From positions 31,570-95,569 of the forward strand of contig CAYPCW010000001.1 in assembly GCA_964409335.1 (NCBI GenBank): a DNA stretch of 64,000 nt, given 5' to 3'. Positions 39,129 through 48,604 of this stretch are shown piece after piece. Position 1 is the stretch's first letter. Every line of letters begins with the position of its first letter. Source of the stretch: an uncultured bacterium (GTDB lineage Bacteria > Fidelibacterota > Marinisomatia > SCGC-AAA003-L08 > JACNLC01). The notes beneath the pieces were generated by a model. That model saw nothing but the letters and a program-made list of their open reading frames with translations, ran no database searches and was not told where the DNA came from. The position numbers were made by a program, and so were the translations under genes.

Positions 39129-41588
39129 TTATGAGCAGTGACTTACTTTTTTCCCGGAAGGGGCGGAAGTGCGCGAATTAAAGGTTTGGATAAAGACAAA
39201 AGAATTCTTTTGAATTTTAAGAGATATATTCCCGCCTTCTTTAAATTCTCCGGTAAGAAATTTTTCTGAGATCGTATTTTCTATTTCTCTCTGTATCATC
39301 CTTCGGAGTGGTCTGGCTCCCCATTCCTGATAATTACAATTTTCAATGAGATGCAGTTTTGCCTTTTTAGACATTTTAAACTGAATATTTTTTTCACGCA
39401 AATTGGATCTAATATCCTTTAATTGAAGATCAATGATATTTAAAAGGTCCTCGAACACTAAAGACCGAAATATAATCAATTCATCCAGCCGGTTCAGAAA
39501 TTCAGGCTTAAAAATTCTTTTTAGTTCAATATTTATATCGGATTTTATCTTTGCATACTGACTTTCACCCTCACCCTTTGAGAATCCAATCGTCGTTGTG
39601 GATATATTTTTAGTGCCTAGATTTGACGTGAGAATAATAATCGTATTCCGAAAATCTACGATTCTGCCAATACTGTCAGAAATCTTTCCTTCGTCGAGGA
39701 TCTGCAATAGAATATTAAATACATCGGGATGCGCTTTTTCAACCTCGTCAAATAATATGACAGAGAACGGATGACGTCTGACCCTTTCGGTCAACTGCCC
39801 GCCTTCGTCATAACCCACATACCCCGGGGGTGCGCCAATCAGCCGTGACACGTTATGACGTTCCATATACTCCGACATATCAATTTTAATCAGAGATTCA
39901 TCATTATTGAATAAATATTTGGCAAGCACTTTTGCCAGTTCAGTCTTCCCTACTCCAGTCGGTCCTAAAAATAAAAAACTGCCGATTGGATGATCCGGAT
40001 TTTTAAATCCTGCCCTGGCTCGTTTAATGGACTGACACAAAATATCGACGGACTCTGACTGCCCAATGATATGTTTTCCGATTTCCTGGCTCATTCTAAT
40101 CAGGCGCTGTGATTCTGATTCTGCAACCTGATTTACCGGAATACCGGTCATCATAGAGATTACGCTGGCAACATCTTCTTTATTGACCTCAGGGACAACC
40201 CTATTTTTTTCCGTATTCCATTCAAATTCGGTGTCTTGTAACTTTTTAACCAGCTTCCTTTCCTTGTCCCGGAGACTGGCGGCAACTTCAAATTGCTGAT
40301 TTTTAATCACCTGTTCTTTTTTACCGCGCAGTTCCCGAATTTCTTTCTCAAGTTTTAGAATATTGTCTGGGACATAAATATTTGAAATGTGGATTCTCGA
40401 CCCAACCTCGTCAAGCACGTCTATAGCTTTATCCGGCAAAAACTTGTCCCGGATATACCTTTCGCTGAGATCTACACAAGCCGTTATTGCTTCAGGGAGA
40501 TACTTAATCTGATGATGTTCTTCATACTTTGGCTGCAACCCTTTCAGGATTTTCACTGTATCTCCAATAGACGGCGGATCAACGAGGATCTTCTGAAATC
40601 GCCGTTCCAGCGCACCATCCTTTTCGATATACTTTTGATATTCGTTCAGGGTGGTCGCACCGATCACCTGAATTTCTCCGCGGGCAAGTGCAGGTTTGAA
40701 CATATTCGCTGCATCCAATGATCCCGATGCAGCCCCCGCACCTACGATGGTATGGAGTTCATCGATAAAAATGATGACATCCGTGGTTTTTTCTAATTCC
40801 TGCATCACTTTCTGCATTCGTTCTTCAAATTGACCACGGTATTTTGTCCCGGCGATCAACCCGGCCAGGTCCAGCGCCAACACTCGCTTACCCCATAAGA
40901 TTCGGGGTACAATTTTTTTATAGATACGAATGGCTAATCCTTCAACAATTGCTGTTTTACCAACCCCCGGTTCCCCAATGAGCACCGGATTGTTCTTTTT
41001 CCTTCGGGCAAGTATTTGGGCAACGCGTTCGATTTCAACGGACCTTCCAATAACCGGGTCTAACTTATCCTCTGCTGCCAAAGCGGAAAAATTTCGGCTG
41101 AATATATCTAACGTGGGGGTGCTTGAGGTTGTTCGGGTACCCAAATATTGATCAGTTTTTTCTAATGAAGTGATATATGTGATTAGTAGATCGTAATCAA
41201 TATTATAATCTTCCAGCACTTCCTTTGCAATCCCTTCGCTCTCACGGGTGATGGCAAGTAATAAATGGGTGTCGTCCGCTATTTTCTTATTCAGTTTTTC
41301 CGCTTCGATAAAAGTATTGCGCAGGATTCGCTCCGCCCGTCTCGTTAGCGGTAAATGCCCTAAGGTAATCGTTCCCCCGACCGGCTTTAATATCGTCTCT
41401 AATTTTTGATGCATCTCCGACAGAGAGACACCGATAGATTCCATCAATGCACCGGCTTTACTATTGTGATCCAGAATAATCCCTAATAGCAAATGTTCTG
41501 ATCCCACATAACTGTGTCCCAGTCTGATCGCTTCATCTTTTGCAATTTTAAGAATCACCTGAACGCTTTTAGATAAATTTCTTTTCAT
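39129..41588 (-). CDS. clpC: ATP-dependent Clp protease ATP-binding subunit (ClpC-type)
   Basis: 819 aa. Clp_N repeats, two AAA+ modules (GEPGVGKT, GPTGVGKT) and a UVR-like motif (FEVAASLRDKE) between them. Confidence 0.9.
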   Translation of the reverse strand: MKRNLSKSVQVILKIAKDEAIRLGHSYVGSEHLLLGIILDHNSKAGALMESIGVSLSEMHQKLETILKPVGGTITLGHLPLTRRAERILRNTFIEAEKLNKKIADDTHLLLAITRESEGIAKEVLEDYNIDYDLLITYITSLEKTDQYLGTRTTSSTPTLDIFSRNFSALAAEDKLDPVIGRSVEIERVAQILARRKKNNPVLIGEPGVGKTAIVEGLAIRIYKKIVPRILWGKRVLALDLAGLIAGTKYRGQFEERMQKVMQELEKTTDVIIFIDELHTIVGAGAASGSLDAANMFKPALARGEIQVIGATTLNEYQKYIEKDGALERRFQKILVDPPSIGDTVKILKGLQPKYEEHHQIKYLPEAITACVDLSERYIRDKFLPDKAIDVLDEVGSRIHISNIYVPDNILKLEKEIRELRGKKEQVIKNQQFEVAASLRDKERKLVKKLQDTEFEWNTEKNRVVPEVNKEDVASVISMMTGIPVNQVAESESQRLIRMSQEIGKHIIGQSESVDILCQSIKRARAGFKNPDHPIGSFLFLGPTGVGKTELAKVLAKYLFNNDESLIKIDMSEYMERHNVSRLIGAPPGYVGYDEGGQLTERVRRHPFSVILFDEVEKAHPDVFNILLQILDEGKISDSIGRIVDFRNTIIILTSNLGTKNISTTTIGFSKGEGESQYAKIKSDINIELKRIFKPEFLNRLDELIIFRSLVFEDLLNIIDLQLKDIRSNLREKNIQFKMSKKAKLHLIENCNYQEWGARPLRRMIQREIENTISEKFLTGEFKEGGNISLKIQKNSFVFIQTFNSRTSAPSGKKVSHCS

Positions 41589-41597
41589 ATCCCACTT

Positions 41598-42263
41598 TTA
41601 CTTTTGGATGAGTTTCCCGTCTTTTAAAAATAATACCCGCCCGGCAATGTCCGCAACTCTCTCATCATGCGTTGCAATGATAAATGATTGATTTTCTTTT
41701 TCGTATAACCGGAGGATTATAGCGAGTAATCTTTCCCTGTTTCCCGCATCCAGATTGCCTGTAGGTTCATCGGCGAGAACTATTTTAGGGTTATTGATCA
41801 GCGCTCTTAATACCGCAACCCGCTGTTTTTCACCCCCCGATAATTGATCGGGGTAGTGCGTCCGCCGATTCCAAAGATTGACATGAGTTAACAATTCCTG
41901 CGCACGCTGGATAGAATGGTTGTCGTCCCTTCTGATCAAGGATTGTGGAATGATCAGATTTTCCAGAACCGTAAATTCCGGGAGTAAATAATGGTTCTGG
42001 AATACAAATCCAATTTTTTCCGCTCGTATTTGTGGGAGTCGCTTAGATGTTTTTATAAGCTCGCCATCTACCCGGATTATGCCGGATGTGGGTGTATCCA
42101 GGGTGCCTAAAAGATGGAGCAGTGTGGATTTTCCGCTGCCACTTGGTCCCATGATACATACAATCTCGGTTTCCTGCAATGTAAGATCAACACCATCTAA
42201 AACCGTGATGATCTCATTTGCAGTCTTGTAAACCTTTACTAAATTTTCTGCGCTTATTATCAT
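41598..42263 (-). CDS. lolD: lipoprotein-releasing ABC transporter ATP-binding protein
   Basis: GPSGSGKST Walker A, LSGGEKQR signature, and position downstream of two FtsX/LolC-type permease genes. Confidence 0.85.
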   Translation of the reverse strand: MIISAENLVKVYKTANEIITVLDGVDLTLQETEIVCIMGPSGSGKSTLLHLLGTLDTPTSGIIRVDGELIKTSKRLPQIRAEKIGFVFQNHYLLPEFTVLENLIIPQSLIRRDDNHSIQRAQELLTHVNLWNRRTHYPDQLSGGEKQRVAVLRALINNPKIVLADEPTGNLDAGNRERLLAIILRLYEKENQSFIIATHDERVADIAGRVLFLKDGKLIQK

Positions 42264-43441
42264 TTAATATAGTCTATCGCCTCAACAGGATTTAACTTAC
42301 CTATCCTTGATGCAGGGTACAGACCTGCTAAAAAGATGATAAAACCAGCGCTCACGATCACGAAAAATGTCGTTCCCCATGAAATGATCAGGGGGAAGTT
42401 TGACAGCGGAAAATCGACAAATAATCGTTTAATTAAATGATATTTATCGTTTAATCCCATCACGATCCATGTGGATATTCCACCCAAAATACTGCCAGCG
42501 ATAATCGTCAGAATGGCTTGGTGAAAAAAAATTGCGGAGACTCTTTTAGAATTCATGCCCATCGCCATCAAAATTCCCAGCTGAGGAACTTTACGCAAAA
42601 CCGTCATGCTCATGATACTAAGTAAATTAAATGCGGATATAAATATCACAATAAATCCGAAAAAGGAATATGCTATTTTTTCAAGTTTCATTGCCGAGAC
42701 AAGTGATTCAAATTCTGATTCCCAGTTGACGTACGTTACCGATGGAAATTTTTGGCGAATTTCGTTTAATTGTGTCTTGTCCGGTTCCTGATTCAGTAAG
42801 AGGAATTCCTGACTCAATGTACTGAATATTTTTTTTCCCGCTTCGAGGGAGATTATCGCATAACTGCCATCAATTTCCAGAATGTCAAAGTTGAAAATTC
42901 CCGATACCATAAAATGTTCTTCCGGGATACTGCCCGTCACAAGGTTAATATCAGCCGGTGACAATAATTCGCATGTGTCATTGGTAGAGAGTCCAAGCAT
43001 GTACCCTAATTCATCACCAATTAATATTTGAAAATCATCATTTTCGTCTGGATTGAATAATGATATCCCCAATTGATTTGTAGCAAACCGGTGGAGATCA
43101 TCCACGGCAAAAATGGAAATAAATCTGAAATCCTCATCCTTTTTAAGTACAGCATTCCTGAAAATGGCTTGATAATAAGTAATATTTTGAGAATCTATAT
43201 GTGACCGTAATTTCTGAACATCCCCCGATGTGGCTGAATCAAACCGAAATTTTGCGGGCGTGTAAAAAATTTTCAATTTTGAAAAAACTTCAGTTTCCAT
43301 ACCATTCATAACCGCCAGGGTCAACAATACAATCATAATCCCCAGTGCAAGACCCATAACAGGGAGACCGACTGTTCGGCTACGTCTCCCACCCTTCCTA
43401 TTCCCGGTAATGAATTTTAATGAAAACGCGAATTTATTCAT
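42260..43441 (-). CDS. LolC/LolE-family (FtsX-like) ABC permease
   Basis: 393 aa. N-terminal TM helix, a large periplasmic domain and three C-terminal TM helices ending NPVEAIDY. Confidence 0.8.
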   Translation of the reverse strand: MNKFAFSLKFITGNRKGGRRSRTVGLPVMGLALGIMIVLLTLAVMNGMETEVFSKLKIFYTPAKFRFDSATSGDVQKLRSHIDSQNITYYQAIFRNAVLKKDEDFRFISIFAVDDLHRFATNQLGISLFNPDENDDFQILIGDELGYMLGLSTNDTCELLSPADINLVTGSIPEEHFMVSGIFNFDILEIDGSYAIISLEAGKKIFSTLSQEFLLLNQEPDKTQLNEIRQKFPSVTYVNWESEFESLVSAMKLEKIAYSFFGFIVIFISAFNLLSIMSMTVLRKVPQLGILMAMGMNSKRVSAIFFHQAILTIIAGSILGGISTWIVMGLNDKYHLIKRLFVDFPLSNFPLIISWGTTFFVIVSAGFIIFLAGLYPASRIGKLNPVEAIDYIK

Positions 43442-44661
43442 TCGTACCTGATTGCCTCAACCGGGTCAATATTTTTTGTCCACCGGGCGGGAAAGTATGC
43501 AGAGACAATTGACAGCAACACCGCAGAGAAAGGAAATATGAATATATGGATTGGTGACCAGTCAACGGGTAAATAATCCACAAAATAAATTTTCGAGGAT
43601 AAGGCAATAAATCTGAATTTCATTTGCAGAATCAGGATAACCACGCTGATAAGCAAGCCGGCGATCGAACCAATCAACCCAATCAGGAATCCTTCTGTCA
43701 GGAAGATATATCTGATCTTATGGCTGCTGAATCCAATAGCGGTTAAAATGCCGATCTCACTGGTTTTCTCTCTGATGGTCATCCATAATATTGCAGCGAT
43801 ATTGAAGACGGCGATGACCATGATAAACCCAATGACTAATTTGATGGGGAGATCATACATATTTAGCCAGTTAAAAAGCGTGGAATGCCTCTCAATCCAG
43901 GTGGATGTCACATAGGGTGAGAACCCAAGAATGTTGATAATTGCCCGATCAGTCACTGCGGCATACTGAGGGTCAGGCATCATCCCAATCAAACCGGATG
44001 CGCCCCCCGGCAGTTCAAAAAATGATCTTGCTTGCTCTAAAGGAATGAAAACAAGGAGTTTGTCATACTCGCTGAACCCGCTTTTATATACAGCAGAGAT
44101 TTTAAACTTCCCTCCTTTATTTATTCCTTCTTCGATATACCGTTGAATATCGAATAAAAATACAGAATTCCCAATGTCTGCTTCCAGGGTGGTAGCAAGA
44201 TCTTTCCCAATGATCAATCCATTTTCAAAATCTTCGAGACTGCCATTTACCAACATTTCAGGCAGGTTGAAAATTTCAACAAGGGACTTTTCAGGGACAC
44301 CATAAACGATGATGCCTTCGGAAAAACCGTGCAAACGGATAATTGCCTTTTTTTCAATGTACGGTACTAATGCTGTTAATTCATGAAGTGGTTCGAGTTG
44401 TTGTCGTATCGTATCGATTTCGGACCGGGTTAATTCGCTACCGGCGCCATTATGGTATTTTGTCAGGCGGATGTGTCCGTCAAGGGAAGCCAGTTTACTC
44501 TCAATTGATTTTGAAAATCCAGCTGAAAAAGATGAAATGATATTGAGAGAAGCAACTCCCAGCGCCAAACCGATTATGCTTAAAATAGATGTAAATGAGA
44601 TAAAACCAAACCGATGCCCGGAGCGGATATGCCGGTATGCAATCTTCGGGACCAGTCTCAA
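43438..44661 (-). CDS. LolC/LolE-family (FtsX-like) ABC permease
   Basis: 407 aa with the same architecture as its neighbour, ending DPVEAIRYE. 4-nt overlap with the next permease gene. Confidence 0.8.
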   Translation of the reverse strand: MRLVPKIAYRHIRSGHRFGFISFTSILSIIGLALGVASLNIISSFSAGFSKSIESKLASLDGHIRLTKYHNGAGSELTRSEIDTIRQQLEPLHELTALVPYIEKKAIIRLHGFSEGIIVYGVPEKSLVEIFNLPEMLVNGSLEDFENGLIIGKDLATTLEADIGNSVFLFDIQRYIEEGINKGGKFKISAVYKSGFSEYDKLLVFIPLEQARSFFELPGGASGLIGMMPDPQYAAVTDRAIINILGFSPYVTSTWIERHSTLFNWLNMYDLPIKLVIGFIMVIAVFNIAAILWMTIREKTSEIGILTAIGFSSHKIRYIFLTEGFLIGLIGSIAGLLISVVILILQMKFRFIALSSKIYFVDYLPVDWSPIHIFIFPFSAVLLSIVSAYFPARWTKNIDPVEAIRYE

Positions 44662-44682
44662 GTTAATGGTGTCCTTTTCAGT

Positions 44683-46182
44683 TTATTGGACTTTTATTGA
44701 TTTCATCGCAGGGAACAAAATGACATCTTTGATGGAATTTTGACCGGTTAGCAGCATCACAAGCCTGTCCACACCAATCCCCACACCCCCCGTTGGCGGC
44801 ATTCCGCACTCCAATGCTTGCAGAAAACTCTCATCCACCTGTTGTGCTTCTTCGTCTCCCAAATCACGTAATTTTGCCTGGTTTTCCAACCGCTCACGTT
44901 GGTCAATGGGATCGTTCAATTCGGTAAATGCATTCGCGAATTCCGTTTGTCCGATAAATAATTCAAAGCGCTCAACGATCTTTTTATTCCCGTCCCGTCT
45001 GTGTTTCGCCAGCGGAGAAACTTCCGTAGGATAATCATACACGAAGGTCGGCTGGATAAGTGTGGGTTCTACCAATTCGCTGAATATTTCATCTAAAATC
45101 TGACCATAATTCATTTTTTCGGTCACTTCCAGATGGTTCTGCCGGGCAATGGTGTAAATCCCTTCCCGGTCACGATCTTCAAATGATTGACCTGTACAAT
45201 TTTCCAATAGAGAAAACATAGATTCCCTCCGAAATGCTTCCTGGATTGAAATGTTATTCGCATTAAATATAAGATCATCACTTCCGGCTCGTTTAACAAC
45301 GGATCTGATCAAATTTTCGGTTAAATCCATCATGTCAAAGAGGTCTGAGTATGCCTGATAAAACTCCAGGGATGTATACTCAGGGTTATGACTTCTGTCC
45401 ATTCCTTCGTTTCGGAAATTCTTCGCCAGTTCATAGACTTTTTCAAACCCACCGATGATCAGTTTTTTCAGATATAATTCATCCGCTATCCGGAGATATA
45501 ACTTTTCATCCAGCGTGTTGTGAAAGGTGGTAAATGGACGGGCGGATGCGCCCCCATATTGTGACTGTAAAACCGGTGTTTCAACTTCAATAAATCCGTG
45601 GTGGTCCAGAAAATGCCGGATTGCACTGATCACATTTGCTCGTTGAATAAATATTTGTTTTCTCTGTGGATTTGCAATAAAATCCAAATGACGGTAACGA
45701 TAGATATGATCTTTATCTTCAAATGCGTTAAATGCGACGCCATCCTTTTCTTTCAGATTCGGCAGGGGTCGAAGGTTTTTTGCCAACAACGTCAACGTTT
45801 CTGCATGGATAGAAATTTCTCCCATTTGGGTTCGAAAAACATACCCTTTCACACCGAGAATATCCCCAAGATCGAAGTTTTTAAACACCTGATTATAGAA
45901 GTCAGCTCCAATATCATCCCGACGGATATAAATTTGAATTTTACCAGCTTCATCCTGTATATGGACAAAACTGGCTTTACCCATAATACGGACAGAGATG
46001 ATCCGTCCTGCAGCTGTCACATCCTTCTTTACCTCAGGATCAAAAGATTTCAGGATATTTACTGAATAGTCAGTTCGATGAAACTGATGGGGAAAAGGAT
46101 TTATCCCGGCTTCACGGATCTTTTCCAGTTTCTGATGCCGGTATTCTATAATTTGCTGCAACGTTTTATGTTCAGTTGACAA
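44683..46182 (-). CDS. lysS: lysine--tRNA ligase (class II)
   Basis: 499 aa with an OB-fold N-domain and class II motifs (FRNEG, GGxGxGxDR). Conserved prfB-lysS linkage. Confidence 0.97.
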   Translation of the reverse strand: MSTEHKTLQQIIEYRHQKLEKIREAGINPFPHQFHRTDYSVNILKSFDPEVKKDVTAAGRIISVRIMGKASFVHIQDEAGKIQIYIRRDDIGADFYNQVFKNFDLGDILGVKGYVFRTQMGEISIHAETLTLLAKNLRPLPNLKEKDGVAFNAFEDKDHIYRYRHLDFIANPQRKQIFIQRANVISAIRHFLDHHGFIEVETPVLQSQYGGASARPFTTFHNTLDEKLYLRIADELYLKKLIIGGFEKVYELAKNFRNEGMDRSHNPEYTSLEFYQAYSDLFDMMDLTENLIRSVVKRAGSDDLIFNANNISIQEAFRRESMFSLLENCTGQSFEDRDREGIYTIARQNHLEVTEKMNYGQILDEIFSELVEPTLIQPTFVYDYPTEVSPLAKHRRDGNKKIVERFELFIGQTEFANAFTELNDPIDQRERLENQAKLRDLGDEEAQQVDESFLQALECGMPPTGGVGIGVDRLVMLLTGQNSIKDVILFPAMKSIKVQ

Positions 46183-47285
46183 TGTTTGTGTTCTCCATTT
46201 TCATTAACAGGTACCCCCGAATAAATGCGTTAATATCCCCATCCATGACCGCCTGAATATTACCGATTTCAACTTTTGTCCGGTGATCTTTCACCAGGTT
46301 ATACGGATGAAATATATACGACCTGATCTGACTCCCCCAGGCAATTTCCATTTTAGAATCTTCAATCTTTTGCTTATCCCGGGCAAGTTCTTCTTTTCGT
46401 TTCTGATACAGTTTTGCTTTTAGCATTTTCATAGCTACATTTTTATTTTTCAATTGGCTGCGTTCATTTTGACACTGAACGACAATACCACTTGGGATAT
46501 GGGTAATCCGGATTGCTGAATCCGTTTTATTTACATGTTGTCCGCCTGCACCGCTGGAGCGGAACGTATCAATACGAAGTTCCTTTTCGTCTAACTCAAT
46601 ATCAATGTCATCGTCAAAAATTGGGTATATGAATACCGACGCAAAGGAGGTGTGACGACGGGAATTGCTATCGAATGGGGAAATCCTGACTAAGCGGTGA
46701 ACGCCTGCCTCTGATTTCAGATTGCCATAAACATACTCACCATTTATCTCAAGGGTGATTTCCTTTAATCCCGCTTCATCTCCTGGCTGATAATCCAGTA
46801 CGGTCGTTGGGAACCCCATCCGTTCACACCACCTGGAATACAGCCTGAACAGCATGCTCGCCCAGTCCTGTGATTCTGTGCCGCCGGCGCCTGGATGAAT
46901 TGTTAAAATCGCACCCCGGATATCATCTTCATCATTCATCATTTTTCGAACCTCTACATCCTCCAAATAGGTTTCGAACCGGGTAAAGGCATTTTCGATG
47001 TCAGGGTCTGCTTCGTCCTCAGTTTCCGCGAGTTCCATATGGATTTCAACTTCAGAATACATATCATCCAATTTTTTCCACAATGCCTTTTCATTCTCGA
47101 GTTTACTGATATCTTTCAGCACTTTTTGGGCAGTCTCGTTCTCGTCCCAGAAATCGGGTTTGACGGTTTTTTCCTGAAGTTTTGTTATGGAGTTTATCAG
47201 TTCATCCCAATCAAAGATACCCCCTGAGCTGATGATATTTATCGCTAATATTTTTAAATCTTTCTTTGTAATATTGTATATCCAT
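46172..47285 (-). CDS. prfB: peptide chain release factor 2, requiring a programmed +1 frameshift at 47213
   Basis: Frame 0: ATG 47285 MDIQYYKERFKNISDKYHQLRGYL then TGA (47213-47211). The +1 frame continues DWDELINSITKLQEK... into the 316-aa track ORF, which contains SPF and GGQHVN motifs. Confidence 0.95.
47211..47225 (-). promoter_or_regulatory. prfB autoregulatory +1 frameshift site
   Basis: Minus-strand AGG GGG TAT CTT TGA: an internal SD-like AGGGGG, 3 nt, then the slippery CTT followed by an in-frame TGA. This is the arrangement known from E. coli prfB. Confidence 0.9.
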
Positions 47286-47286
47286 A

Positions 47287-47775
47287 TTATCCATTTATAA
47301 TTAAATAAACTGTGGCGATCAGCTGCAAAATACTAATAATCGATTGATTTGCATTTAATCTGCCCATAACGGTCTTATGAATGATCACCGTGTCATTGGG
47401 ACCTAATTCCGGAATTTCATTTCTATGATCGGCATCAAAATAATCATTGATATGAATGACTGTTTTACTCGAATAACCGGGTTCATCTCCGGATTTTATG
47501 AGCACCACTTTTTTCAAATTTGCCTCGGATGTCGGTCCTCCGGCTATCGATAATATCGACATGATATCCACTTTCATGGTATATGGTATGAGATACTGTC
47601 CCGGATAATTTACCTCTCCCCAGACATTGATTTTCATCGTTACCGCGGGCTGGTCGTTGACCGTGTATTGTGCGGTTTCACTTTCCCTCTTCACGGACTC
47701 GTCGATTCTTTTTTGAGTCGTTCCCACACTCAAAGTTGAGATGAGAATAAAAATGATGAACCGGAAATTTTTCAT
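47287..47775 (-). CDS. small SLBB/polysaccharide-export-like domain protein with signal peptide and C-terminal TM helix
   Basis: INVWGEVNYPGQYLIPYTMKVDIMSILSIAGGPT matches the Wza/SLBB-type motif (V.G.V..PG.Y....AGG). The likely start is ATG 47775 (MKNFRFIIFIL), not the track start at 47808. Confidence 0.5.
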   Translation of the reverse strand: MKNFRFIIFILISTLSVGTTQKRIDESVKRESETAQYTVNDQPAVTMKINVWGEVNYPGQYLIPYTMKVDIMSILSIAGGPTSEANLKKVVLIKSGDEPGYSSKTVIHINDYFDADHRNEIPELGPNDTVIIHKTVMGRLNANQSIISILQLIATVYLIING

Positions 47776-47797
47776 GGTGCCTGTATTGGCTTCAGTT

Positions 47798-48604
47798 TCA
47801 TAGATCAAATTGATCTAAAATATTCAGCGCTTTCACGGTTTGACGCACATCATGAACTCTGATGATATCCGAACCCCTCATCACCGAAACGATCATCGCT
47901 GCTATGCTGGCTCCCAGACGGTCCTCCGGCAAATCATCCTCAATACATAAAAATGATTTTCGGGAAACTCCGATTAAGATCGGATACCCGGCTTCTTTCA
48001 GTTTAGGGATGGAATTAATGATTTTAAAATTATCCATTTTTCGCTTTCCAAAGCCAATTCCGGGATCCAGTATAATATGATCATCGGGAACACCTTTTGA
48101 TTTCGCCAAACCGATCTGGTTGGTAAAAAACTGGACAATATCGGACATCACATCAGAATACTTCGGATTTTCCTGCATCGTTTCCGGGACTCCCTGCATG
48201 TGCATGATCACCATCATCACATCTGATTTTGCGGCGATTTTGAACATTTCCCCGGATTCACCGCCTCCGGTAATGTCATTGATCATTGAAAAACCATGGT
48301 TGATGGCGAATTCCGCCACTTCCGGTTTCCAGGTATCGATTGAAAAAAGAACATCCGGATATCGCTTCACCATCGGAACAACATGGGAAATTCGCTTTAT
48401 TTCTTCCTCAGTGATAACCGGCAATGAACCGGGTCGGGAGGACTCACCGCCGACATCAATTATCCTTGCGCCATCCCGAATCATTTCTTCAATTCGGCGG
48501 CGCATTTCGTCTTCAGTCTGATATTTACCGCCATCATAAAACGAGTCCGGTGTAACATTCAATATTCCCATCACAGCAGGCGCGCTGATGTGAAAATTTT
48601 TCAT
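47798..48604 (-). CDS. folP: dihydropteroate synthase
   Basis: MGILNVTPDSFYDGG, IIDVGGESSRPG and GxSRKSF motifs. Confidence 0.95.
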   Translation of the reverse strand: MKNFHISAPAVMGILNVTPDSFYDGGKYQTEDEMRRRIEEMIRDGARIIDVGGESSRPGSLPVITEEEIKRISHVVPMVKRYPDVLFSIDTWKPEVAEFAINHGFSMINDITGGGESGEMFKIAAKSDVMMVIMHMQGVPETMQENPKYSDVMSDIVQFFTNQIGLAKSKGVPDDHIILDPGIGFGKRKMDNFKIINSIPKLKEAGYPILIGVSRKSFLCIEDDLPEDRLGASIAAMIVSVMRGSDIIRVHDVRQTVKALNILDQFDL

